Shown: positions 9,875 through 18,929, numbered from the stretch's first letter. The stretch is DNA of 64,000 nt from an uncultured Acidimicrobiaceae bacterium (GCA_963736525.1 CAVTPF010000004.1:44989-108988), one strand, 5' to 3'. Notes: generated by a model not told the origin, from the letters alone. Made by a program: numbers and translations.

Positions 9875-10363
9875 TCAGCAGCAGGAGGATGATCCGGCCT
9901 GGGTCACACCGATCGCCACCGGAGCGCTTCCGACGGCCTCGGGGACGCAGCACGTCCCATCGCCGGCGATACTCGTCTCGGCCGGCGCGTCGGCGAGGAC
10001 CGTGTACACCTCCCAGGGCGCACCGTCGGGGTCGCTGACCCAGACCTTGTCCTGGACGGCGTAACAACACGTCGTCTGCTCTTCGACCTCGGTCTCAAGA
10101 CCCGCAGCGCTCAGGCGCCCCGTCGCTGCGGTCACCTCGTCCGGCGTCTCGACCTCGACGCCGAGGTGGTTGAGTGCGCCCACTGTCCCATGACCTCGCG
10201 CGGTGTGATCCTCCATCAAGACGAGCTTGAGGGGCGGGTCCGCGATGGCGAAGTTGGCGTAGCCCGGCTCGCGCTTGGCCGGCTCGGTCCCGAAGAGCTT
10301 GGAGTAGAACTCGACGGCTTCCTCGATGTCGCTCACGTTCAGTGCGAGCTGGACCCTCGACAT
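9875..10363 (-). CDS. ArsI/CadI family glyoxalase-fold metalloenzyme
   Basis: MSRVQLALNVSDIEEAVEFYSKLFG (VOC fold), the vicinal Cys pair in QTTCCYAVQDKVWVSDPDG, and a Cys-rich tail. The ATG at 10363 is preceded by AGGAGG. Confidence 0.75.
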   Translation of the reverse strand: MSRVQLALNVSDIEEAVEFYSKLFGTEPAKREPGYANFAIADPPLKLVLMEDHTARGHGTVGALNHLGVEVETPDEVTAATGRLSAAGLETEVEEQTTCCYAVQDKVWVSDPDGAPWEVYTVLADAPAETSIAGDGTCCVPEAVGSAPVAIGVTQAGSSSCC

Positions 10364-10390
10364 GGTGGCCTCCTGTAAGATCGATTTCAG

Positions 10391-10431
10391 TCGATGCATC
10401 GAGTATGGCTGATACATTGACAGGTGTCAAT
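10391..10431. promoter_or_regulatory. Candidate ArsR operator(s) in the divergent arsR/arsI gap
   Basis: Perfect palindrome TCGATGCATCGA at 10391-10402, and an inverted repeat ATTGACA-GG-TGTCAAT at 10416-10431. Confidence 0.35.
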
Positions 10432-10450
10432 GGGAAGGTGGTGACACCCT

Positions 10451-10798
10451 GTGAGCAAGACGGCCGCCGCAACAAAGGTCCGCTTGACGGAGTGCTGTGC
10501 TTCAGTACTGGCTGCACCGCTCGACGCCGCCGATGCCACCGAGCTGGCGAGCGGGTTCAGCGCGCTGGCAGACCCCGTCCGGCTGCGGGTGCTGAGCATC
10601 CTCGCCGCGTCACCCGAGGGTGAGGTGTGCGTCTGTGACTTCGTCGAGCCCCTGGCCAAGAGCCAGCCCACCGTGTCGCACCACCTCAAGGTCTTGAGCG
10701 AGGCGGGTCTCGTCCACGGCGAACGGCGGGGAAAGTGGGTCTGGTACTCGCTCAACCGTGATCGTCTGGCCGAGCTGCGGGCTGCCATCGACAGCTGA
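10451..10798 (+). CDS. arsR: ArsR/SmtB family metalloregulator
   Basis: ALADPVRLRVLSIL, the metal site EVCVCDF, and the HTH motif QPTVSHHLKVLSEAGLV. GTG start. Confidence 0.85.
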   Translation: MSKTAAATKVRLTECCASVLAAPLDAADATELASGFSALADPVRLRVLSILAASPEGEVCVCDFVEPLAKSQPTVSHHLKVLSEAGLVHGERRGKWVWYSLNRDRLAELRAAIDS

Positions 10799-10870
10799 GC
10801 GGAAAGACGCTGCGGTACTGAGCCGGCATGGAGGGGCACCCGCTCCGTAAGGGCGGCGTGCCAACATGTC

Positions 10871-12048
10871 GTGGTGGCGGAGGAATCGGCCCCGGACCAT
10901 GGTCCGGACGTCACTCTCGGCACGATCGCAAAGGAGTGGGGCCGCATCGGCTGCACCGGCTTCGGCGGTCCCCCGACACACATCGCGATGCTGCGTCGGC
11001 TCACGGTGGAGCGGGAAGGCTGGCTGGGGGCGACCGAGTTCGAGGACGCCATCGCGGCGACGAACCTGCTCCCGGGCCCGGCGTCGACGCAGCTGGCGAT
11101 CTTCAGCGCCTGGCGGCTGAGGGGACTCCCGGGCGCCCTCGTCGGGGGTGCGTGCTTCATCTGCCCGGGGCTGGCGGTCATCATCGCCCTCGCCGCCCTC
11201 TTCCTGGCCTCCAACCCGCCCACCTGGATCAAAGGCGCCGCGCTGGGCGCCGGCGCTGCGGTGGCGCCGGTCGCCCTCAACGCGGCCATGGGCCTGATCC
11301 CCGCCAGCTGGCGCAGGGCCGGTTCCGCTCGGGCGCGCCAGGTGCGCTGGGTGGCCTACGCCGTCGTGGGCGCGGTGGCAGCCGCGACCGTCGGTACCTT
11401 CTTGGTCCTCGTGCTCCTCGGCTGCGGGCTGGTGGAGGTCGCATTCTCGGGGAGTGTGCGCCCGTTCGGGCACCCGAACGGCTTCGTCGTGGCGCCACTC
11501 GCCGTCGTGGCGACCGGCGGTCTGGGCGCGTTGACCTGGGTCGCGCTCAAGGTCGGCGCGCTCTCGTTCGGCGGCGGTTTCGTCATCATTCCGCTCATGC
11601 AGGCCGATGCCGTCCACCACTACCACTGGATGACGAACACGCAGTTCCTCAACGCGGTCGCGCTCGGACAGATCACCCCGGGACCGGTCGTGCAGACCGT
11701 CGCGGTCGTCGGCTACGCCGCCGCGGGCGTCGGGGCGCGCTGCTGGCGGCGCTGGTCGCCTTCTCGCCCTCGTTCGTCTTCATCCTCGCCGGGGGGCGGC
11801 ACTTCGGGGCGCTCCGCACCAACCGCATGGCACAGTCCTTCCTGGGCGGCGCGGGGCCGGCCGCCATCGGCGCCATTGCCGGCGCGTCCATCCCCCTGGC
11901 GCTCGGTATCGCCCACGTCTGGCAGGTGGTGATCCTCGCCGGCGCCCTGGTCGTGATCGTCGGGCTGCGGCGCAGCGTCGTGCTCACACTGGTCGGCGCC
12001 GGCGTGATCGGTGCGCTGGGTGCGGCGCTGGGGCTGCCGACCGGCTGA
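10871..12048 (+). pseudogene. chrA: Chromate transporter ChrA interrupted by a 1-nt frameshift (or a sequencing error)
   Basis: The first CHR half reads in frame 2 up to ...VVGYAAAGVG. The second half (GALLAALVAFSPSFVFILAGGRHFGALR...) continues in frame 1 to the stop at 12048. The switch maps to the G-run at 11732-11735. Confidence 0.7.
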
Positions 12049-12072
12049 CGCGTCGGAGCCGGTGGCGCGCGG

Positions 12073-12972
12073 TCACGGCGAGGACGCCGTGCACGGGCGC
12101 GAAACCGCGAAGCCGGTGGAACTGCCCAACGACGGCGCCAGGGCACTGGCGGGCGGGGCGGTGATGTGCACGGGCGTGCCAAAGTCCGAGAAGGTCAGCG
12201 TGTCGGTGGTGGTGCTCGGCCCGATCGCGATGTGGGCAAACGGGGCCTGCCGCCGGACGCCCGCGGGCAGGCGGCCGCTGAACCACTCGCGACTGCGGAC
12301 CTGCACCAGGCGTCCGTGCGCATCGAGCCACACCAGGGAGGGTGCCTGCGTCGAGACCGGCGCTGTCTGGTGGGCCGACGGGCACGGCACCAGTGGCGCG
12401 GTCTGCACCTCGTACTCCGTCGTGGCGATCCTGCCGATGCGGGCGGGCCCGAGATCGCGCACCGCAACCACTGGCTCGGGTCCCTCCAGAGCGCCGATCG
12501 CAACGCCGGCGTTGAGCGCCAAGGTCAACGCCGGTGCCGGTTGCGGCGGGCGCGCCAGGGTGGGCAGTTCGATGAACTCGCCCCCGGCGCCGCCGGGGAG
12601 GAAGGTGCGCTGATAGGTCACGCGGCCGATGGCCACGGCCTCCTCGGTCGTCGTGGTCGGCACGGCGCGGATCGGACCGGACCCTTCACCCTCGAACTCG
12701 ACTTGGTGGTCCACCTCGGTGACCCGGACGTCGCCGTTCGCAAAGTCCACGACACCGCTGCCGCTCAGCGCCGCGTGCAAGTCGGGGTTCGGGCTCGACG
12801 TGACGTGGACGTAGTGGAAACGGGCCGAGCCGGCCTGCGCCGTCGTAGCCAGCACGCCGGCCACCCACTGTGCCGGCGTCGGGGACGGGGTCTCGGCCGC
12901 GCCCACGGCGGCGGCCCCGGCGGCGGCCAGCCCCACCACACTGAGCAAGGCCCACGGGAGAACGCGCCGCAC
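12073..12972 (-). CDS. Secreted hypothetical protein
   Basis: The signal peptide is MRRVLPWALLSVVGLAAAGAAAVGAAE. No catalytic motif was recognised. Confidence 0.5.
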   Translation of the reverse strand: MRRVLPWALLSVVGLAAAGAAAVGAAETPSPTPAQWVAGVLATTAQAGSARFHYVHVTSSPNPDLHAALSGSGVVDFANGDVRVTEVDHQVEFEGEGSGPIRAVPTTTTEEAVAIGRVTYQRTFLPGGAGGEFIELPTLARPPQPAPALTLALNAGVAIGALEGPEPVVAVRDLGPARIGRIATTEYEVQTAPLVPCPSAHQTAPVSTQAPSLVWLDAHGRLVQVRSREWFSGRLPAGVRRQAPFAHIAIGPSTTTDTLTFSDFGTPVHITAPPASALAPSLGSSTGFAVSRPCTASSP

Positions 12973-12975
12973 GGG

Positions 12976-12995
12976 TCAATTCTGCTCAATTCTGC
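12976..12995. repeat. 10-nt tandem repeat tcaattctgc x2 in a divergent promoter gap
   Basis: Read directly from the sequence. It is an AT-enriched stretch between the starts at 12972 (-) and 13103 (+). Confidence 0.7.
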
Positions 12996-13102
12996 GACCA
13001 GGGGTCGCTCGACGGCCCCGGTGCCACCCGCCACGAAGATGCGCATGCCGCCCGAAACGAAGCCCGTACCGGGTGCCGCCGCGCCTTTGGCAGGATGGGT
13101 AG

Positions 13103-13981
13103 GTGAGCGAGCACAGCGGGTACCCCGGGGCGCCCCCGGGGTGGTACCCCGACCCCGCCGGTGGCCCGGGGCAACGCTGGTGGGACGGCTACGCCTGGAC
13201 CCAGGCGACCGTGCTGCCCCAGCGCCCGCCACCGCCGCCGTGGGCCGCCGCCGGGCCACCGCAAGGGCTGCCCACGCAGGAGGCGCCGTGGGCCGTCGCG
13301 TCGGAGCGACTCACCACGCACACGACGGGCACGCTGGTGGCGGCGGAGCTCCAGATGGCACCGGTGGCGCGCGTCGCGGTGGTGATGCCGGCGGTGTACT
13401 ACCTCGTCAATCTGATCGTGCAGCGGGCCAACGCCGACCAGCTGCGCAACGTCGGTCATCAATTCCGGGTGGACTGGCACGACGCGCAGAACGGCATCAC
13501 CCCGCCGCCCTATCACGGGCAGAGCCTCGGCCTCAGCCCGCTCGTCCTCGTCGTCGGCGTGGTGACGGCGGTCGCCATCGTGATGGCCTGCATCTGGCAG
13601 CACCACGCCGCGTCCGCGGCCCGGGCGCTCGGCCTTCCCTCGCGCCGCTCCCCGGCCTGGGGCGTGGGGTCGTGGTTCGTGCCCATCGTCAACCTGTGGG
13701 TTCCCTACTCCGCCGTCCGCGACCTCCTGCCCCCGGACGACCCCCACCGGGCCCGGGTGCTGCGGTGGTGGATCGCCTGGCTCCTCACCGTGTTCGTCAG
13801 CGGTGCGGCCGGTCTCTGCGCGCTGTTCTCGACGGGGGCCGCCCTCGTCCTGTCGATCCCGGCTGCGCTGGCCTGCCTGGCCGTCGTGGCCTGGGCACCG
13901 GGCATCGTCACCGCCGTCGCGGCCGCGCACCGAGAGGCGATGGCGCACCAGGCGCACGACGCCTCGGCCCTGTCCCGCTGA
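13103..13981 (+). CDS. Membrane protein with an N-terminal DUF2510-type motif and a DUF4328-like body
   Basis: GWYPDPAGGPGQRWWDGYAWT at the N-terminus, followed by several hydrophobic helices. GTG start. Confidence 0.6.
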   Translation: MSEHSGYPGAPPGWYPDPAGGPGQRWWDGYAWTQATVLPQRPPPPPWAAAGPPQGLPTQEAPWAVASERLTTHTTGTLVAAELQMAPVARVAVVMPAVYYLVNLIVQRANADQLRNVGHQFRVDWHDAQNGITPPPYHGQSLGLSPLVLVVGVVTAVAIVMACIWQHHAASAARALGLPSRRSPAWGVGSWFVPIVNLWVPYSAVRDLLPPDDPHRARVLRWWIAWLLTVFVSGAAGLCALFSTGAALVLSIPAALACLAVVAWAPGIVTAVAAAHREAMAHQAHDASALSR

Positions 13982-14019
13982 CCCTCAATTCCGGGCGCAA
14001 AACCAAGCCATAGCCAACA

Positions 14020-14063
14020 GTTCACCCTGAGATTGCGCTCCTGTTGCCAGGCGTTCACTTGGC
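14020..14063 (+). promoter_or_regulatory. PHO-box-like array of four phased 11-nt units upstream of pstB1
   Basis: The units are GTTCACCCTGA / GATTGCGCTCC / TGTTGCCAGGC / GTTCACTTGGC. The two GTTCAC units are exactly 33 nt apart, and TACGTT at 14069-14074 is a possible -10. They were compared by eye with the Streptomyces PhoP repeat G(G/T)TCAYYYR(G/C)G. Confidence 0.3.
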
Positions 14064-14198
14064 CTCGATACGTTCCTGGTAGTGGATGACGGACACCCCG
14101 CCGAGTCGCGTAACGAACTCGTTGCGACCGAGGCACAGACGTATGTCGACGAGGCCCTGAAGGCCCTCGACCCCGATGCCGCCCGATCGGAGTGCGTC

Positions 14199-14942
14199 AT
14201 GGAATCGCTCAAGCTGACCCTCGGCTTCTCGGGCCGCACCGTGCTCAACGACGTGAACGTCGCGCTGAGGCGGGGATCGATCACGGCGCTGATCGGGCCG
14301 ACCGGATCCGGCAAGTCCACCTTCCTGCGCACGCTGAACCGGATGAACGACCGCGTCCCGGGCTTCGAGCGCAAGGGGGACGTGACACTCGACGAGGAGA
14401 GCCTGTGGGCGTCGCACGTCGACCTGCTCACCTTGCGCCGCCGGGTCGGCATGCTCTTCCAGCGTCCGAACCCCTTCCCGATGTCGATCAGGGACAACGT
14501 GGTGGCCGGCGTCAAGGCCCACCGCATCGCCAAGGGAAAGCAGCTGGACGTCGTCTGTGAGCGGCGACTGACCGAGGTCGGCCTGTGGGACGCCGTCAAG
14601 GACCGGCTCAACGACTCGCCGTTCCGGCTCTCGGGCGGCCAGCAGCAATTGCTGTGCCTGGCCCGGGCGCTCGCGGTCGGGCCCGAGGTCCTGCTGCTCG
14701 ACGAGCCGACGTCCGCCCTCGACCCGGTGACGACAGAGTCCATTGAGGCGTTGCTCAAGACACTGACGCCCGCACTGACGCTCATCGTCGTCACCCACAA
14801 CCTCGGCCAGGCCATGCGGGTCTCGCACCACACCATGTTCTTCTACCAAGGGCAGCTGATGGAGCACGGCCCGACCGAGGAGCTCTTCAACGCGCCCAAG
14901 CATCCGGACACCGAGCGCTACGTCACCGGGCGGATGGGGTAG
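14199..14942 (+). CDS. pstB: Phosphate ABC transporter ATP-binding protein
   Basis: LKLTLGFSGRTVL...GPTGSGKSTFLRTLNRMND, LSGGQQQLLCLARALAV and LLLDEPTSALD. The ATG at 14199 follows GGAG. The GTG at 14082 is an alternative start, but it would sit 18 nt after the PHO-like array. Confidence 0.85.
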   Translation: MESLKLTLGFSGRTVLNDVNVALRRGSITALIGPTGSGKSTFLRTLNRMNDRVPGFERKGDVTLDEESLWASHVDLLTLRRRVGMLFQRPNPFPMSIRDNVVAGVKAHRIAKGKQLDVVCERRLTEVGLWDAVKDRLNDSPFRLSGGQQQLLCLARALAVGPEVLLLDEPTSALDPVTTESIEALLKTLTPALTLIVVTHNLGQAMRVSHHTMFFYQGQLMEHGPTEELFNAPKHPDTERYVTGRMG

Positions 14943-15044
14943 GCGTCGATCGAACCCAGCGACAAGCCGGTCCGACGGACCGGACAGCGGATCACCGATC
15001 AGCATCACCAAAGCAAGCACAACCACCTCACAAGGAGAGAACCT

Positions 15045-16169
15045 GTGAAGACATTGATGGGCGCGGCACGACTGAAGCGGGGAGTAGTCATCACCGCGAT
15101 GGCGGGGCTGGCGCTGAGCTCGGTCGTCTTGGCGTCGGCCGCCTCGGCCAGCGTCAAGCTCCCCAGCAGCGGCGTGGAGACGCCGGGCGGCGGCACCGTG
15201 ACCGAGACCGGGAGCACGCTGCTGTACCCGCTCTTCAACCTGTGGGCCGGCGGCTACAACACGAAGTTCTCGAGCACCACCATCCAGACGGCAGGCACCG
15301 GATCGGGAACGGGAATCTCGGAGGCGGAGAACGGCACCATCGACATCGGCGCCTCCGACGCCTATCTGTCGCCGAGCGTCGTGTCGGCCAACCCCGACCT
15401 GAAGAACATCCCGACGGCGATCTCGGCCCAGATGGTGGCCTACAACGTCCCTGGCGTCACCGCTCACTTGAAGCTGAGCGGCAAGCTGATCTCGGAGATC
15501 TACCAGGGGCAGGTGACGAGTTGGAACGCCTCGGGGATCGCCAACGCGAACCCGGGCGTGACGTTGCCCAACCTCCCGATCGTCGCCCTGCACCGCTCGG
15601 ACAGCAGCGGAGACACGTTCATCTTCACCCAATACCTGTCGAAGGCTGACCCCTCGGGCTGGGGCACCAAGATCGGGTACAACACCACCGTCCCGTGGCC
15701 GGCCGCCCCCGGCGCGCTGGGCGAGAGCGGGAACTCGGGCATGGTGTCGGGCTGCAAGGCCACGCCGGGCTGCATCGCCTACATCGGGATCAGCTACCTG
15801 ACCCAGGTGTTGCAGGCCGGCCTGTCGTATGCCGAACTGGGCAACGGCCACGGGCAGTACGTGCTGCCGACGCAGGCGACCATCGCCGCCGAGGCGGCGG
15901 GCTTCGTGAACAAGACCCCGGCCAACGGCACGATCTCGCTGATCTACGGCAACATCAACAATGGCTACCCGATCGTCAACTACGAGTACGCCATCGTCTC
16001 GACCCACCAGTCGAGCTCCAGCACGGCCAAGAACATCCGGTCCGTGCTGGAGTGGGCGATCAACAAGAAGTACGGGAACAACACTTCTTATCTGTCGCAG
16101 GTCAACTTCCAGCCGCTGCCCTCCAAGGTCGTGGCACAGTCGGTGAAGCAGATCCTGAGCATCCAGTAG
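15045..16169 (+). CDS. pstS: Phosphate ABC transporter substrate-binding protein
   Basis: Signal peptide, then TGSTLLYPLFNLW, DIGASDAYLS and IVALHRSDSSGDTFIFTQYL (actinobacterial PstS anion-binding loops). Confidence 0.9.
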   Translation: MKTLMGAARLKRGVVITAMAGLALSSVVLASAASASVKLPSSGVETPGGGTVTETGSTLLYPLFNLWAGGYNTKFSSTTIQTAGTGSGTGISEAENGTIDIGASDAYLSPSVVSANPDLKNIPTAISAQMVAYNVPGVTAHLKLSGKLISEIYQGQVTSWNASGIANANPGVTLPNLPIVALHRSDSSGDTFIFTQYLSKADPSGWGTKIGYNTTVPWPAAPGALGESGNSGMVSGCKATPGCIAYIGISYLTQVLQAGLSYAELGNGHGQYVLPTQATIAAEAAGFVNKTPANGTISLIYGNINNGYPIVNYEYAIVSTHQSSSSTAKNIRSVLEWAINKKYGNNTSYLSQVNFQPLPSKVVAQSVKQILSIQ

Positions 16170-17257
16170 TGACGACCGTAGGCGGCGTGGCGGGGAGCAT
16201 CCCCGCCACGCCGCACGCGGAGTCGGTCGGTAAGCCGCCGTGGCCCAAGCGGGTGATGGACTTCGCCCGCCGCAACGAGGAGCACGCCTGGCGGGGTTCG
16301 GCGTGGGTCGCGGTCATCCTCCCTCTCGCCGCGCTGGTCTTCGCCGTCACGGTGCTGGCCGTAAAGGCGTACCCGGCCATCCGGGTCAACGGCTGGTACT
16401 TCCTCTACGGCAGGAACTGGACGTACGGCAACGGCTACGGCGCCGTGGTCCACACCGACGGGGTCGCCCACCTCCAGGGGGCGCAATTCGGCGCCTGGGC
16501 CATCCTGTGGGGCACCCTCGCCTCCTCGCTCATCGCCATCGTCATCGCCCTCCCCCTCTCCATCGGGGCGGCCTTCGCCCTGACCGAGCGCCTCCCGGGG
16601 TTCATCTCGCGGCCGCTGGGGTTCGCCATCGAGATCCTCGCCGGCATCCCGAGCGTGGTCATCGGCCTCTGGGGCATCCTCACGTTCGGTCCCTGGCTGG
16701 CCAAGCACGTGTACCCCATCATCGCCGACCACGCGCCCAACGTGCCGGTGCTGCGCTATTTCCGGAACCCCGTCGGGTCCGGCGAGGGTCTGCTCTCGGC
16801 CGGCATCGTGCTGTCCCTCATGATCGTCCCCATCATCACCTCCACCACACGCGACCTCTTCCAGCAGGTCCCCCCGCTCCCGAAGGAAGGGGCGTCCGCG
16901 TTGGGCATGACGGACTGGGAGGTGGCCAACAAGGTCACGCTGCCCTGGGTGCGCTCGGGGATCATCGGGGCCACGGTCCTCGGCTTGGGGCGGGCGCTCG
17001 GTGAGACGATCGCCATCGCCATGATCGGCGGCGCCGCCCTGCGCATCCCGCTCAACATCTACCAGCCGTTCACGACGGTGGCGGCGACCATCCTCACCCA
17101 GCTCGACGGCGCGCTGACCGACGGCACCGGATTCGCCGTGGCCACCCTGGCCGAGCTGGCTCTCGTCCTCGCCGTCATCTCGGTGGCGGTCAACCTGGCG
17201 GCCCGCCTCATCATCAGGCGAACGGGTCGGATAGGCGCGCCCGTGGGCGGGGCCTGA
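16169..17257 (+). CDS. pstC: Phosphate ABC transporter permease
   Basis: Only the C-terminal part of ORF 15695..17257 is real. The GTG at 16169 overlaps the pstS stop (TAGTG); alternative starts are 16253 and 16256. It has the EAA-type loop and PstC-like helices. Confidence 0.8.
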   Translation: MTTVGGVAGSIPATPHAESVGKPPWPKRVMDFARRNEEHAWRGSAWVAVILPLAALVFAVTVLAVKAYPAIRVNGWYFLYGRNWTYGNGYGAVVHTDGVAHLQGAQFGAWAILWGTLASSLIAIVIALPLSIGAAFALTERLPGFISRPLGFAIEILAGIPSVVIGLWGILTFGPWLAKHVYPIIADHAPNVPVLRYFRNPVGSGEGLLSAGIVLSLMIVPIITSTTRDLFQQVPPLPKEGASALGMTDWEVANKVTLPWVRSGIIGATVLGLGRALGETIAIAMIGGAALRIPLNIYQPFTTVAATILTQLDGALTDGTGFAVATLAELALVLAVISVAVNLAARLIIRRTGRIGAPVGGA

Positions 17258-18219
17258 TGACCACCACGCTGTCCGCCGGCCCTTCGACGAGGCGCCGGCG
17301 CGTGTCGTCGGTCATCTGGCGCGTCCTGACCTACGCCGCGCTCGTCCTCATCATGGGACCCGCCGCCTGGCTGCTCATCGGCGTCCTCGTCCGCGCATGG
17401 CCCCACTGGCAGTGGAGCGTCTTGTGGACGACGCTGACCCCGACAGGAGGCGGGCTGCGCGACCAGATCCTGGGGACACTGATCCTCATGGCGGGCGTGT
17501 TCATCATCGCCGGCACGATCGGCGTGCTCGCCGGCATCCACCTGGCCGAGCTGGCGCGTTCGGGGCGTTTCAGCGGGAAGATCAGCTCTCCCCTGCGGAC
17601 GGCGTCGGACATCCTCTCGGGCTTCCCGTCCATCGTGCTCGGCTACGTCGGCTACACCGCCCTGGTCGTCGGCCTGCACTGGGGCTTCTCGCTCCTCTCC
17701 GCGCTCATCATCCTGTCGATCATGGTCATCCCCTACATCGCCAAGACGACCGAGAACTCGCTGCGCCAGGTGCCGACCGGTTACCGGGAGGGGGCCGAGG
17801 CGCTGGGCATGTCGATGGGCTACAGCCTGCGCAAGGTCATCCTCAAGAGCGCACTGCCCGGCATCGTGACCGGGTTGCTGCTGGCGCTGGCCATCGCCTG
17901 CGGCGAGACGGCTCCGCTGATCTACACGGCGGGGTTCGCGCCCACGCTGCCGCACTCACTGACCCACGCCCAATTCCCCTATCTGACCTACGTCGTCTTC
18001 CAGTACTACAACGCCCCCGAGACCCAGTACCACTACCTCTCCTATGACTCCGCCCTGATCCTCATCGTCATCGTGCTGCTGCTCCTAGTGTCGAGCCGCA
18101 TCATCGTGGCCCGCACCCAGCGTCACTCCGAGAGCGCACGGGGCACGGGACGCCGCCGGCGCCGGCGCAAGACCAATGAGCCCCTGCTGGGCATCGCAGA
18201 GGGCGTCCCCCCGCGCTAG
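17257..18219 (+). CDS. pstA: Phosphate ABC transporter permease
   Basis: The ATG overlaps the pstC stop (ATGA). It contains the EGAEALGMS EAA motif and six helices. Confidence 0.85.
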   Translation: MTTTLSAGPSTRRRRVSSVIWRVLTYAALVLIMGPAAWLLIGVLVRAWPHWQWSVLWTTLTPTGGGLRDQILGTLILMAGVFIIAGTIGVLAGIHLAELARSGRFSGKISSPLRTASDILSGFPSIVLGYVGYTALVVGLHWGFSLLSALIILSIMVIPYIAKTTENSLRQVPTGYREGAEALGMSMGYSLRKVILKSALPGIVTGLLLALAIACGETAPLIYTAGFAPTLPHSLTHAQFPYLTYVVFQYYNAPETQYHYLSYDSALILIVIVLLLLVSSRIIVARTQRHSESARGTGRRRRRRKTNEPLLGIAEGVPPR

Positions 18220-18275
18220 GTCCGCTCGAGCGACGGGTCGGAGACCGACCTGCGCCGGACCTAAGGTGGAAGCTC

Positions 18276-18297
18276 GTGGCGGGACATGGCCCGCCAC
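18276..18297 (+). terminator. Candidate stem-loop terminator after pstA1
   Basis: GTGGCGGG-acatgg-CCCGCCAC, a perfect 8-bp GC stem. There is no U-tract. Confidence 0.3.
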
Positions 18298-18362
18298 TGC
18301 CATGAGGACCGTGAGCGGGCTGTGAGACGCGGACCGTGAAGCGACGACCGTAGGAGGACACG

Positions 18363-18929
18363 TTGAGCGCAGGACCTGAGTGGGGGCCCCTGGCCCGCCT
18401 GGCGGGCATCTGGGAAGGCGAGCGGGGCGAGGACGTGGCCTACGCCAACGACTCCGGGAAGATCGGCCTGACCCCCTACCGTGAGCACGTCGACTTCAAG
18501 CCCTTCGGGCCGGTCGAGAACGGGCCCCAGGTCCTCTACGGCCTCGACTACCGCATGGCGGCCTGGCGGGGCGACGAGGAGAACCCCTTCCACACCGAGG
18601 TCGGCTACTGGATGTGGGACGCCCGCGACAGCGAGGTGGTCCGCTGCTTCCTCATCCCGCGCGGCTCGGCCGTGGTCGCCGGCGGCATCGTGGCCGCGGA
18701 CGCCACCGCCTTCACCCTCTCGGCACGGGTGGGCAGCCAGACCTACGGCATCCTGGCCAACAACTGGCTGGACAAGAACGCCCAGTCGGTCAGCTTCGAG
18801 GTCACCATCGACACCAGCGTGGAGAACGAGTTCACGTACTCCGAGACCACCGTGATCAAGCACGCCAAGGTGGCCGAGGAGGTCATCCACACGGACCGCA
18901 ACACGCTGCGGCGGATCGCCGACGCCTAG
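18363..18929 (+). CDS. Haem-binding beta-barrel (nitrobindin/DUF1794-like) protein
   Basis: LARLAGIWEGERGEDV...GLDYRMAAWRGDEENPFHTEVGYWMWD resembles the THAP4/nitrobindin family. TTG start. Confidence 0.55.
   Translation: MSAGPEWGPLARLAGIWEGERGEDVAYANDSGKIGLTPYREHVDFKPFGPVENGPQVLYGLDYRMAAWRGDEENPFHTEVGYWMWDARDSEVVRCFLIPRGSAVVAGGIVAADATAFTLSARVGSQTYGILANNWLDKNAQSVSFEVTIDTSVENEFTYSETTVIKHAKVAEEVIHTDRNTLRRIADA

Noticed and set aside
7381-10038. An 885-aa plus-strand ORF spanning the ars cluster.
   Set aside because: It is antisense to four genes with clear family motifs. The translation is Arg/Gly/His/Asp/Pro-rich with no recognisable domain, which is a typical high-GC shadow ORF.
11725-11745. 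Programmed ribosomal frameshifting in chrA.
   Set aside because: There is no slippery heptamer or downstream structure. A 1-nt loss in a G homopolymer (mutation or sequencing error) is the simpler explanation.
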